Origin: Minisyncoccota bacterium
GTDB lineage: Bacteria > Patescibacteriota > Minisyncoccia > Phycocordibacterales > XYD1-FULL-46-19
Assembly (NCBI GenBank): GCA_041649495.1
Contig: JBAZMZ010000001.1
Span: 623 to 64,622, forward strand
DNA length: 64,000 nucleotides
Reading direction: 5' to 3'
Shown: piece by piece, positions 48,160-57,225 of the stretch
Layout of the letters: every line of letters starts with the position of its first letter
Numbering within the stretch: position 1 is the stretch's first letter
Position numbers and translations under genes: made by a program
Notes under the pieces: generated by a model
What the model was told of the DNA's origin: nothing
Database searches by the model: none
The model's input: only the letters and a program-made list of their open reading frames with translations

Positions 48160-50190
48160 ATGCTTGTCTCTCATAATTGGCTCCAAAAATATTTTGACGC
48201 AAAATTGCCTAAGGCGAGCGTTTTAGCGGATAAAATAATTTTTCACGCTTTTGAAGTCGAAGATATTGTCGAAAAAGATGGTGATTGCTTAATGGATGTT
48301 AAAGTATTGCCCGATCGCGCTCATGATTGCTTGTGTCATTATGGCCTGGCTAAAGAAATTTCGGCGCTATTTGATTTGAGGCTTAAATCTGCCGTCACCA
48401 AGGGGAACCCTTTGGGAGCAGTTCAAGGGTTTCCCTTGGTGACGGTTCGGAATCTTAATATTAAAATTGAGGATGAAAAACTTTGTCGGCGATACATCGG
48501 GAGAATGGTTGAGAATGTTGCCGTCAAAAATTCAGCTGATTGGCTTAAAAAAGATTTAGAAAAATTAGATCAGCGTTCGATTTTTAATATTGTTGATTTG
48601 GCTAATTACGTGATGTTCGATGTGGGGCAACCCTTGCACGCGTTTGACGCTGATAAAGTTCAGGGAGGAATCACGGTGCGGTTGGCGAAGACGGGAGAAA
48701 AAATCACGACTCTTGATAACCAAGAAGTTAATTTGGATGAAAGCATTTTAATCATTGCTGATGATGAGGGCCCGCTAGCGATCGCGGGGATTAAGGGGGG
48801 CAAAAAAGCCGAAGTGACCAATGAGACGAAAAACTTGATTTTAGAATCAGCCAATTTTGATCCAGTTAATATCCGCCAGACGGCGCAAAAAATTGGTATT
48901 AGAACCGATGCTTCAAAAAGATTTGAAAATGAAATTTCGACTGAAGTGGCGGGTTATGCCATGGATTTACTCACTGATTTAATAATCAAAGAGGCCGGGA
49001 CAAGCGAAACAAAAGTCGGGGAAAAAGTTGACGAGTATAAAATTAAAAATATTCCCGCGCCGATTGAATTTGCCATTAAAGAATTTAGTGAAAGATTGGG
49101 AGTAGACATTGCGCCTGAAGAGTCTATTAAAATTCTTGAGAGCTTGGGTATTGAAGTTGAAGTGAGCACCAAGGGGAACCCTTTGGGAGCAGTTCAAGGG
49201 TTTCCCTTGGTGCGCTTGACCCCTCCGGTTGAGAGATTAGACCTTCAAGCGAAAGAAAATTATGTGGAAGAAGTGGGGCGAATCTATGGGTATGACAAAA
49301 TTGCCGGCGTGGTGAGTTTGGGAGCCGAGCTTCCAAACTCCCGAAGCTCGGCTCCCAAACTCTCGGGAGCCGAAGCTGAAGCGGAGAAAAGATTTAATCT
49401 CGCCAATAAAATCCGGGTGATTTTGAAGGGGGAAGGTTTTACTGAAGTTTATGGCTATACTTTTACCAACAAGGGCGAAGTCGAAGTGGCGAATCCGTTG
49501 GCGAGTGATAAAAAGTTTTTGCGCACTAATTTAACCGATTGGCTGATCGAAAAAATTAAATTTAATTTGCCTTATGTTTTATTTGATAACGAAGCGGTTA
49601 AGATTTTTGAAATCGGGAAAGTTTTTGTCGGCGGAAAAGAGGAGACTCGATTGGGGTTGGGGATTGGCTACAAAAAGAAAATTAAAGGTCAGGATGCACA
49701 GAAGGAAGTTGAGGGGACTTTGGTTAAGTTGGCGGAGCGGTTCGAGATTCAATCTCTGGAGGCTTTGAGATTGGATCTCGAACCGCCAACGGTTGACGAG
49801 GTTTCCGCGGTTCAAGAATTTAATTTTGATAAGTTATCCGAAGAAATTAAAGAGGCAAAAGAAGTTAAGTTGTCAGACCTAATCAACAAAAACGCTAGTT
49901 ATAAACTTGTCTCGCCTTACCCGCGCATTATCCGTGACGTTGCCGTTTGGGTGCCCGAGAATACTCAAACCGATGAAGTGGCAAAAATTATAAAAGAATC
50001 AGCAGGGGAGCTTTGTGTGGCGGGGCCGATTCTTTTTGACGAATTTGCAAAGGAAGGGAGAAAGTCGCTGGCCTTTCGCCTCGTCTTTCAATCTTACACC
50101 AAAACCCTCTCCGATGATGAAACTAACGCCCCAATGGCTCAAATTATTAAAAATCTCGAAAAACAAGCTGGTTTTGAAGTGAGGAAATAA
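48160..50190 (+). CDS. pheT: phenylalanine--tRNA ligase beta subunit (reduced form), carrying three in-frame inverted-repeat insertions
   Basis: B3/B4 and B5 domains; C-terminal FDEF anticodon-binding-like domain. Confidence 0.8.
   Translation: MLVSHNWLQKYFDAKLPKASVLADKIIFHAFEVEDIVEKDGDCLMDVKVLPDRAHDCLCHYGLAKEISALFDLRLKSAVTKGNPLGAVQGFPLVTVRNLNIKIEDEKLCRRYIGRMVENVAVKNSADWLKKDLEKLDQRSIFNIVDLANYVMFDVGQPLHAFDADKVQGGITVRLAKTGEKITTLDNQEVNLDESILIIADDEGPLAIAGIKGGKKAEVTNETKNLILESANFDPVNIRQTAQKIGIRTDASKRFENEISTEVAGYAMDLLTDLIIKEAGTSETKVGEKVDEYKIKNIPAPIEFAIKEFSERLGVDIAPEESIKILESLGIEVEVSTKGNPLGAVQGFPLVRLTPPVERLDLQAKENYVEEVGRIYGYDKIAGVVSLGAELPNSRSSAPKLSGAEAEAEKRFNLANKIRVILKGEGFTEVYGYTFTNKGEVEVANPLASDKKFLRTNLTDWLIEKIKFNLPYVLFDNEAVKIFEIGKVFVGGKEETRLGLGIGYKKKIKGQDAQKEVEGTLVKLAERFEIQSLEALRLDLEPPTVDEVSAVQEFNFDKLSEEIKEAKEVKLSDLINKNASYKLVSPYPRIIRDVAVWVPENTQTDEVAKIIKESAGELCVAGPILFDEFAKEGRKSLAFRLVFQSYTKTLSDDETNAPMAQIIKNLEKQAGFEVRK
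48392..48445. repeat. palindromic element family A, copy 1 in pheT
   Basis: ccgtcaccaaggggaaccc tttgggagcagttcaa gggtttcccttggtgacgg (19-bp arms, one mismatch). Confidence 0.85.
49166..49213. repeat. palindromic element family A, copy 2 in pheT
   Basis: gcaccaaggggaaccc tttgggagcagttcaa gggtttcccttggtgc. Confidence 0.85.
49321..49383. repeat. third in-frame inverted-repeat insertion in pheT (ggagccgagcttc...gaagctcggctcc plus a partial third arm)
   Basis: Perfect 13-bp inverted repeat separated by 9 nt, then gggagccgaagctgaagc; encodes GAELPNSRSSAPKLSGAEAEAEK. Confidence 0.7.
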
Positions 50191-50209
50191 AAAACCTTAA
50201 AAAACAAAA

Positions 50210-50445
50210 AGACGTGATCGGACCGTCTTAGTTGTGGCCTTCGCGTCAGCAGGTTGGCCGTACCAGTGTGAGGTGCCCGGACTCAGCTCCCTATCTCTAG
50301 GAGAACCTTACCTTGGGCTCCAGCCTTGTTAGGCAATGGTGGCTCACGCCTTGGACCTTGCCACTCACGTCTGTTCCCTGCCCTTTATCGACAGGGGGTA
50401 TTGTTTTGTGCCAGGTCCGAATTAATACTACTAAAAGGCTACTAA
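50210..50445 (+). other. GC-rich structured intergenic segment ending in a hairpin plus U-run; candidate small RNA or leader of unknown identity
   Basis: GC well above the flanks; hairpin CCCUGCCCUUUAUCGACAGGGGG followed by UAUUGUUUUGU; no ORF. Confidence 0.3.
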
Positions 50446-50499
50446 TTTGTCCAGTTTTTATTGTTTGTTTTTAGGGTTGAGTTATGCTATAATAACCTT

Positions 50500-52560
50500 A
50501 TGAATAGCCCTAAAACACGCAAATATAGCGCGGACGATATCGTGGTGCTCGAGGGTCTAGATCCGGTTCGTAAGCGTCCTGGTATGTATATTGGTTCGAC
50601 TGGCGAGGATGGCCTCCACCATCTCTTGGTTGAGATTTTTGACAACTCTCGCGATGAGGCGATGAACGGTTTTTGTAGTGAGATTGAAGTTGCTCTTTTG
50701 CCTGGTAACGCGGTGCGCATTGTGGATAATGGCACAGGGATCCCAGTTGATGTCCATAAAAAAACTAAAGTCTCGGCGCTCGAAACGGTGCTTACTGTTC
50801 TCCACGCCGGTGGCAAATTTGAAGGTGATGGTTATAAAATCTCTGGCGGTTTGCATGGTGTCGGCGCGTCAGTGGTTAACGCCCTTTCGACTTGGCTCAA
50901 GGCCGAGGTTCATCGTGATGGTGGCAAATACGCACAAGAATACGCGCAGGGCAAGAAAAAAAATAATGTTAAAAAGGTGGCTAGTTCCAAGCTTCACGGG
51001 ACCGTTATTATGTTCCAACCTGATCCAACGATTTTTTCTGAAACCGTCTATGATTGGGATCGAGTCGTTAATCATTTGCGTGGGCAGGCTTATCTCGTCA
51101 AAGGTTTGCGGGTTCGAGTGATTGATGCGCGCGACACGAAGGAGAAAATCGATCTCGACAAGATCTTTTGGTTGAAGGAACTCGAGCTTGAGGTGCCGTC
51201 AAAAACTTTCTATTTTGAGGGCGGGTTATTGTCTCTCGTGCGTTATTATAATCGTCACGACAAACCGCTTCATCGCGAGATTTTTTATGTTGAGAAAGAA
51301 GCGAATGAAGTGATGGTAGAAGTAGCGCTTCAATATGTTGATGATATTGATGCCAAAGAAACCAGTTTTACTAACAACACGATTACGCCGGAGGGCGGGA
51401 TGCACTTAACCGGCTTTCGTTCGGCGCTGACCCGAATTCTAAATGATTACGGTAAGAAAAATAATATTTTAAAAGAGAGTGAGGGAGGTTTGACTGGCGA
51501 CGATGTGCGCGAAGGGCTAACCGCGGTGATTTCGGTCAAATTAAGAAACCCGCAATTTGAGGGTCAGACTAAGGCCAAATTGGGGAGTGTGGAGGCTCGC
51601 GGGGCCGTCGAAACGGTCTTCGGCGAGGCCTTTAACGCTTATCTAGAAGAACACCCCGATGACGCCAAAGCTATCATCAGCAAGTCAATTTTGGCTCTCA
51701 AAGCTCGTAAGGCGGCCAAAGCGGCCAAGGATAGCGTGATTCGTAAGGGGGCGCTGGAGGGTATGACCTTGCCAGGCAAATTGGCTGATTGTCAAAGTCG
51801 CGATCCGGAAGAATCCGAAATCTTTATTGTGGAGGGTGATTCGGCCGGTGGCTCGGGTAAACAAGGGCGTGATCGCCATACTCAAGCGATTCTCCCGCTC
51901 AAGGGCAAGATTTTGAATGTCGAGAAAGCGCGTCTTGATAAGATGTTGGCGTTTAAAGAAATCAAATCGCTGATTATTGCGATGGGGGTGGGGATTGGCG
52001 ATATGATGGATCTTTCAAAATTACGTTATCATAAAATTATTATCGCGACCGATGCCGACGTGGACGGGGCGCATATTACGACCTTATTGTTGACTTTCTT
52101 TTTCCGTTATTACAAACCCTTGATTGATGCAGGACATATTTATATCGCTCAACCGCCGTTGTATAAAATTAAAAAAGGTAAAGAAACGGTTTACGCTTAT
52201 ACCGATGAAGAAAAGGCCAAAGTGATTAAGTCGATGGGGGGCAATGAGACTGAAGTGAAAGAGGTTGACGATTCGCTTGAAACGGATATTGGGGGAGAAG
52301 AAAATGAGGGGGGAGAGGAAATAGAAGCTAAGGCCAAATCAGGCAAAATCTCGATTCAACGCTATAAGGGTTTGGGCGAAATGAATCCTGAAGAATTATG
52401 GGAAACCACCATGAACCCGGCTTCTCGCATCTTGAAACAAGTGACCGCGCTCAATGTGGAAGAAGCCGACAAGACCTTCGACGTCTTAATGGGTTCGGAA
52501 GTTGAACCCCGCAAAATCTTCATTCAGACCCACGCGCATTTGGCGAACGTTGACGTCTAG
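50500..52560 (+). CDS. gyrB: DNA gyrase subunit B
   Basis: GHKL ATPase motifs (LEGLDPVRKRPGMYIGS, GLHGVG), the Toprim EGDSAGG motif and the PLKGKILN motif. Confidence 0.9.
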   Translation: MNSPKTRKYSADDIVVLEGLDPVRKRPGMYIGSTGEDGLHHLLVEIFDNSRDEAMNGFCSEIEVALLPGNAVRIVDNGTGIPVDVHKKTKVSALETVLTVLHAGGKFEGDGYKISGGLHGVGASVVNALSTWLKAEVHRDGGKYAQEYAQGKKKNNVKKVASSKLHGTVIMFQPDPTIFSETVYDWDRVVNHLRGQAYLVKGLRVRVIDARDTKEKIDLDKIFWLKELELEVPSKTFYFEGGLLSLVRYYNRHDKPLHREIFYVEKEANEVMVEVALQYVDDIDAKETSFTNNTITPEGGMHLTGFRSALTRILNDYGKKNNILKESEGGLTGDDVREGLTAVISVKLRNPQFEGQTKAKLGSVEARGAVETVFGEAFNAYLEEHPDDAKAIISKSILALKARKAAKAAKDSVIRKGALEGMTLPGKLADCQSRDPEESEIFIVEGDSAGGSGKQGRDRHTQAILPLKGKILNVEKARLDKMLAFKEIKSLIIAMGVGIGDMMDLSKLRYHKIIIATDADVDGAHITTLLLTFFFRYYKPLIDAGHIYIAQPPLYKIKKGKETVYAYTDEEKAKVIKSMGGNETEVKEVDDSLETDIGGEENEGGEEIEAKAKSGKISIQRYKGLGEMNPEELWETTMNPASRILKQVTALNVEEADKTFDVLMGSEVEPRKIFIQTHAHLANVDV

Positions 52561-54398
52561 TTTCGGTTTTTAATTTCAGCGAGAATTTTGGTGATGAAGT
52601 TGGGGAGGGAAACTTTTTCGCTTTTGTCGTCAGAATTGCGAGTCTCGACGGTGATCATTTTTTCTTCCATTTCTTTATCGCCAAGAACGACGAGGTAAGG
52701 GATTTTTTGCATTTTGGCGTTTCTAATCTTTTTGCCCAAGGTCTCATTTGATTCGTCTAGCTCTGTTCTGATGCCATTTTCTTTTAGCGAGGCGAAAACT
52801 TCTTGCGCGTAAGCCATTTGCTTTTCGCTAATTGGTAAAATTTTCACTTGGACTGGCGCGAGCCAAGTGGGGAAGGCACCAGCATAATGTTCAATTAATA
52901 AGCCAATGAATCTTTCGAAACTGCCGAATAAAGCGCGGTGAAGCATGTAGGGTCGTTCTTCTTGGCCCTCACTATTGGTAAAGGTCATCTCGAATCGTTC
53001 GGGCAAGTTAAAGTCAAATTGGAGGGTTGAACATTGCCAGAGTCGACCCAAACAATCCTTAATCTTGAAGTCTAACTTCGGGCCATAGAAAGCGGCTTCC
53101 CCCAATTCTTCTTGAAAGTCGAGCTTTTTTTCTTGGGCAATTTTTCGTAAGACATTTTCGGTGAATTCCCAACCTTCATCGGTGCCAGCATATTTATCTT
53201 TATTTTGCGGATCACGAAGTGAGAGAAAGACTTTAACCGAATTGATATCAAAGCCAAAAGCCTCATAAATGAAGAGAATAAAATCAACAACCTGTTTTAA
53301 TTCTTGTTCAACTTGATCTTGACGACAAATGATGTGGGCATCATCTTGAGTAAAACCGCGAACCCTGGTTAAACCCGATAACTCGCCTCGTTTTTCAAAT
53401 CGATAAACTGTTCCGCACTCGGCCCAACGTAAGGGCAGGTCACGGTAAGAGTGAGGATTATTTTTATAGATTTGAACATGGAAAGGGCAATTCATTGGTT
53501 TGATCAAATATTCCTCTGACTTTTCCGCTTTTTGACCTAATTGTCTCTCTTCTAATGTTTGCCCGACTTCCATTGGTGGATACATACTCTTGTTGTAAAA
53601 GCCCCAATGGCCCGAAGTCTCCCAAAGAATTTTACTACCAATATGGGGACTTCTAACTAAATCATAGCCATTTTCTAAATGTTTGGCATACCAAAAATCC
53701 TCAATCACTCGCCAGAGAATAGCGCCCTTGGGATGCCAGAGAGGTAAACCGAGGCCAACTTTTTCGTCGATATGAAAGAGGTCTAATTCCTTACCCAATT
53801 TACGATGATCCCTTTTTTCGGCTTCGGCTTGTTGGTCGAGGTAAGTGTCGAGCTCGCCTTTGTTGGCAAAAGCGACGCCATAGATACGAGTCAGCATTTT
53901 ATTTTTCTCATCACCCTGCCAATAAGCGCCAGCGACCCGAGTCAGGCGAAAAGCGTCGCGAGCAATTTCGCTCGAGTTAGCCACGTGGGGCCCGGCGCAA
54001 AGATCGGCAAAGTTTGCCTGGCTTTCTGGCGACGAGGTGTCTGATTTATAAATAGAAATTTTTTCACCAGTTTTGTCGAGCACTTCAATTAACTCCAATT
54101 TATAAGGCTCGTTAGCAAAAATTTCTCGCGCTTGATCGGCGCTAATTTCTTCGCGCCTGAAGTCTATATTTTGACTGACCAAGGCACGTATCGCTTTTTC
54201 TAATTCTAATAGCTCATTTTCGGCCGGTACGGTTTGACCAAAATCAAAATCATAATAAAAGCCGTTTTCAATGATCTGGCCAATCCCCAATTTGATCTCG
54301 GGATATTTGGCCTTAATGGCTATGGCTAATAAATGAGCCAGCGAATGACGAATTTTGTTTATGCTGAGCTCTATCGAAGTATTTATATTGTTTTCCAT
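52557..54398 (-). CDS. thrS: threonine--tRNA ligase
   Basis: HSLAHLLA zinc-site region, class II motifs and C-terminal anticodon-binding domain. Confidence 0.9.
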   Translation of the reverse strand: MENNINTSIELSINKIRHSLAHLLAIAIKAKYPEIKLGIGQIIENGFYYDFDFGQTVPAENELLELEKAIRALVSQNIDFRREEISADQAREIFANEPYKLELIEVLDKTGEKISIYKSDTSSPESQANFADLCAGPHVANSSEIARDAFRLTRVAGAYWQGDEKNKMLTRIYGVAFANKGELDTYLDQQAEAEKRDHRKLGKELDLFHIDEKVGLGLPLWHPKGAILWRVIEDFWYAKHLENGYDLVRSPHIGSKILWETSGHWGFYNKSMYPPMEVGQTLEERQLGQKAEKSEEYLIKPMNCPFHVQIYKNNPHSYRDLPLRWAECGTVYRFEKRGELSGLTRVRGFTQDDAHIICRQDQVEQELKQVVDFILFIYEAFGFDINSVKVFLSLRDPQNKDKYAGTDEGWEFTENVLRKIAQEKKLDFQEELGEAAFYGPKLDFKIKDCLGRLWQCSTLQFDFNLPERFEMTFTNSEGQEERPYMLHRALFGSFERFIGLLIEHYAGAFPTWLAPVQVKILPISEKQMAYAQEVFASLKENGIRTELDESNETLGKKIRNAKMQKIPYLVVLGDKEMEEKMITVETRNSDDKSEKVSLPNFITKILAEIKNRN

Positions 54399-54507
54399 AT
54401 TTTTTTAATTAATAATTAGACTTGACTTTTTAATAATTGGGTATAGACTACAAGGACAAATGGCTTCGGCCCGACTCACGCGCAAGCGTGAGGTTACAAG
54501 GAAGAAC

Positions 54508-54906
54508 TCAAGGGATCAAAGCCTTGAGTTTTTTCGTCAACTCACCAAACTCTTCTTCTGGCAAATCTCCGACCTTGTAGCTTAATCTCTTGGCGTCAAT
54601 TAGGCGTATTTGAGATAAAATAGCACTGCCATAAACATTATCTTGGGTAGTTATTTTAAAGTAATAGATAGATTCCTTGTTGTTTGAAGTTAAAGGAATA
54701 CCCCAAAATATTTCATTGTTGAATTTTCTAATGATTATTATTGGCCGGAGAAAATCAATACCTTTGCCATCCTGTTCAAACCCGATGTTTTCTCCAAGAT
54801 GGCAATACCAAATTTCTCGTTCATGAAAAAAGGCTCGATTAATGTCCGGCTCATTCTGAAGTCGACTTTTTAACGGTTGCCAATTTTTGTAATTTTTTTC
54901 TTCCAT
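54508..54906 (-). CDS. PemK/MazF/EndoA-family toxin (mRNA interferase-like)
   Basis: REIWYCHLGENIGFEQDGKG..FLRPIIII...GIPLTS...ILSQIRLIDAKRL..LPEEEFGELTKKL aligns with B. subtilis EndoA and E. coli MazF core motifs. Confidence 0.7.
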   Translation of the reverse strand: MEEKNYKNWQPLKSRLQNEPDINRAFFHEREIWYCHLGENIGFEQDGKGIDFLRPIIIIRKFNNEIFWGIPLTSNNKESIYYFKITTQDNVYGSAILSQIRLIDAKRLSYKVGDLPEEEFGELTKKLKALIP

Positions 54907-54941
54907 TATTTTGATTTTTTAACGAAGATAATAAAACGAAG

Positions 54942-54979
54942 CGCCCCGGCAAAAACACAAAGTGTTTTTGCCGGGGCGA
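54942..54979. terminator. perfect 17-bp palindromic hairpin 35 nt upstream of the mazF-like start; terminator-like on both strands
   Basis: cgccccggcaaaaacac aaag gtgtttttgccggggcg. Confidence 0.5.
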
Positions 54980-55191
54980 TAATTTGTTTAGAATTTTCGC
55001 GGTTCCACCCGACTTCGCCCTGCCGAAGTTCCTTTTTTGAACGAAGGCTGGCAACCTCATTACTGATTAGATTAGTCCCAGCTCGGGAACCCATTTAATG
55101 GGCGAGTGGTTGGTAGCCACTCCAATCTCTAAGGTAATTTAATGTTAGGCCTTATTGAATAAATTGTCAAATTGTTATATCGTATTAGAGT

Positions 55192-56142
55192 ATGAAAAAA
55201 TATCTAATTGTCCTTCTCGTTGTTATTTTAATTAGTATTGTGGCTCGGGCAATTTATTTGAAATTAAATAATTCTCCAGAAGATCAAGCTGTTTTCAACC
55301 GGGTTATCTTAAGGGGAACTAAGGGTGGTTATTATTTTTCTAGTCGCGAGGGTGAATCAATCTATTTGTCCACAAAGGTGGCGGGTCAATACAATGACTT
55401 TTTAGCAGAAAATTTTGATAAAGAATTAAATATTGAGGGTTGGGTTACTGAATATCCTTGTCCCAAAAACGAAGACAAAATGACCCAATGTTTTAATGGC
55501 AAAATGTTAAGCCAATTAGACAGAGTTTCTTTATCTGCTGAATCGTTCCCTGTTCAATCGACGGCCCATCAATATTCTTGCCAAGCGGATAATGATTGCC
55601 ATCTCTCTTGCATTTGGGGAGCGGTTAACGAAGCTTGGTATGTGAACAACGGACAAGAGGAGAATTGTGTCGGTGGTTGTAATGGTATTGGGATGAAAGT
55701 TCATTGCGTTAATAATGTTTGCCACACTTTTCTTGTTAATGATAAACCAGCCGATTTTTACTGCAGTGGTCGCGACAAGAAATTTAATTTGTCAGGACAA
55801 ATTTCTTGCGCTAAAGAAAACGAAGCCATCGGTGCGATGGAGATGCCAAATCAATGTTGTATCGGGTTGTTACCGATGGTCGGCGGTTATAACGAAACGA
55901 ATTGTAGCTTGCCCCCAGCTCCCACTGGTTTGAGTGTTTGTTCAAATTGTGGTGATGGTGTTTGCAACCAAGGAGTTGAAAATAAATGTAATTGCCCGGC
56001 CGATTGTGGTAACGAAAAAAAGAAATGCGAAGATTATGAAAATGTCTGTGGCGAAGCGCTCTTTGAACAACAACAAAAAAGCGGAGACATCTACGATCCG
56101 GATAAAAAATGCTGGTTCAAATGTGTTACCCCGGGCACTTAA
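55192..56142 (+). CDS. secreted cysteine-rich protein (about 36 Cys) with an MKKYLIV signal anchor
   Basis: N-terminal TM/signal; dense Cys pattern (CxxC, CNC, CPADC). Confidence 0.55.
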   Translation: MKKYLIVLLVVILISIVARAIYLKLNNSPEDQAVFNRVILRGTKGGYYFSSREGESIYLSTKVAGQYNDFLAENFDKELNIEGWVTEYPCPKNEDKMTQCFNGKMLSQLDRVSLSAESFPVQSTAHQYSCQADNDCHLSCIWGAVNEAWYVNNGQEENCVGGCNGIGMKVHCVNNVCHTFLVNDKPADFYCSGRDKKFNLSGQISCAKENEAIGAMEMPNQCCIGLLPMVGGYNETNCSLPPAPTGLSVCSNCGDGVCNQGVENKCNCPADCGNEKKKCEDYENVCGEALFEQQQKSGDIYDPDKKCWFKCVTPGT

Positions 56143-56166
56143 TTCTATCATTAATCCATAAATTTT

Positions 56167-56799
56167 ATGAAAAAATATCTAATTGTTCTAATCGTTGTCG
56201 TTCTGGTTATTATCAGCGCCGGAGTTGTTTATTGGAAATTGATTAAACCAATTTCAATTGTTCCCGACCAGGTTGCTTGTACCGAAGAAGCCAAAATTTG
56301 CCCCGATGGTTCAGCTGTTGGCCGTCAAGGCCCAAATTGTGAATTTGCGGAGTGTCCAGTTGCTCAAGCGGTTGACGAAACGGCTGATTGGAAGATTTAC
56401 AAAAATGATAAATATGGGTTTGAGTTTAAGTATCCAAGTAATTGGTCACTATCTAGCCAGGGTTCAGATCAAGAGATAAACATAAGACATTACTCAGATT
56501 CTTCGCAAAAGAAATTTGACGGAGCGATTATTCTTACGGTTGGTATGCCGATTGCAGGTGGCGAAAGACCAGATTTGGTTAAATCAGAAGAAGTAAAGGT
56601 TGATGGACAGATAGCGACGAGAAAGATTGAGAGCTGGAGCGCTCAAAGTAACAATAATTTAAGTTATCAATTGAATATCGAGTCAGGATCAAAAATTCTT
56701 ATCAGTGTTTACGCTTATGACGGAGAACACGGATATAGTTTGGATACTTATAACAGTCTTCTAGATAAAGTAATGGGGACTTTCAAATTCACCCAATAA
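56167..56799 (+). CDS. secreted or anchored hypothetical protein, N-terminal paralog of the preceding gene
   Basis: The first ~30 nt are nearly identical to the start of the 55192 gene (atgaaaaaatatctaattgt). Confidence 0.5.
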   Translation: MKKYLIVLIVVVLVIISAGVVYWKLIKPISIVPDQVACTEEAKICPDGSAVGRQGPNCEFAECPVAQAVDETADWKIYKNDKYGFEFKYPSNWSLSSQGSDQEINIRHYSDSSQKKFDGAIILTVGMPIAGGERPDLVKSEEVKVDGQIATRKIESWSAQSNNNLSYQLNIESGSKILISVYAYDGEHGYSLDTYNSLLDKVMGTFKFTQ

Positions 56800-56805
56800 T
56801 TAAAG

Positions 56806-56935
56806 CTCTTTTACTGCCTCGATAATAATACTCGGCTCACCCCGCCTTCGCTGAAGCTACGGACGGGCAAGCGTTACGATGGGAGATTTTACCGCGGGAG
56901 GTGACGGTCCCTGTTGACTTTAGGCTGAGAATTGA
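56806..56935 (-). pseudogene. degenerate duplicate of the dnaE 3'-terminal coding segment; direct repeat partner of 57665..57745
   Basis: tgcctcgataataatactcggctcacc...gttacgatgggagattttaccgcgggaggtgacgg versus tgcctcaataattatactcggctcacc...gttgcgatgagaaattttcccacggagggcgacga. About 30-nt indel. Translates to ..RGKISHRN.., matching the DnaE tail. Confidence 0.6.
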
Positions 56936-56951
56936 CTAAAATAAAGATAAT

Positions 56952-57218
56952 ATGGATATGAAAGGAATTGACAAAAATTACACTTTTCGCGTTATCATTG
57001 AACCGGAAAGCCCCAAGGGTTTTCATGGTTTTGTACCATTGCTTCGTGGTCTGCATACTTTTGGCGACTCGATGGATGAGGTCAGAAAAAATCTTAAAGA
57101 GGCGATAATTTGTCATTTGCAAGGTTTGGCCAAGGATAAACAGCCAGTTCCCCAAGAAGAAAACACTTTTGAGCTGGTTCAAACCTTTTCAGCTAAAGAA
57201 TTAGCCTTGAGTTGCTAA
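56952..57218 (+). CDS. hicB: HicB-family antitoxin
   Basis: YTFRVIIEPESPKGFHGFVPLLRGLHTFGDSMDEVRKNLKEAIICHLQ (HicB/UPF0150 N-terminal domain). Confidence 0.75.
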   Translation: MDMKGIDKNYTFRVIIEPESPKGFHGFVPLLRGLHTFGDSMDEVRKNLKEAIICHLQGLAKDKQPVPQEENTFELVQTFSAKELALSC

Positions 57219-57225
57219 TTTAATT

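Noticed and set aside
54906-55094. 62-aa minus-strand ORF translationally coupled (TAATG) to the mazF-like gene, as a candidate antitoxin
   Set aside because: Not called as a CDS. It has no Shine-Dalgarno, no antitoxin-like fold signature and contains a perfect 17-bp palindrome. It is kept as an open question in the findings.
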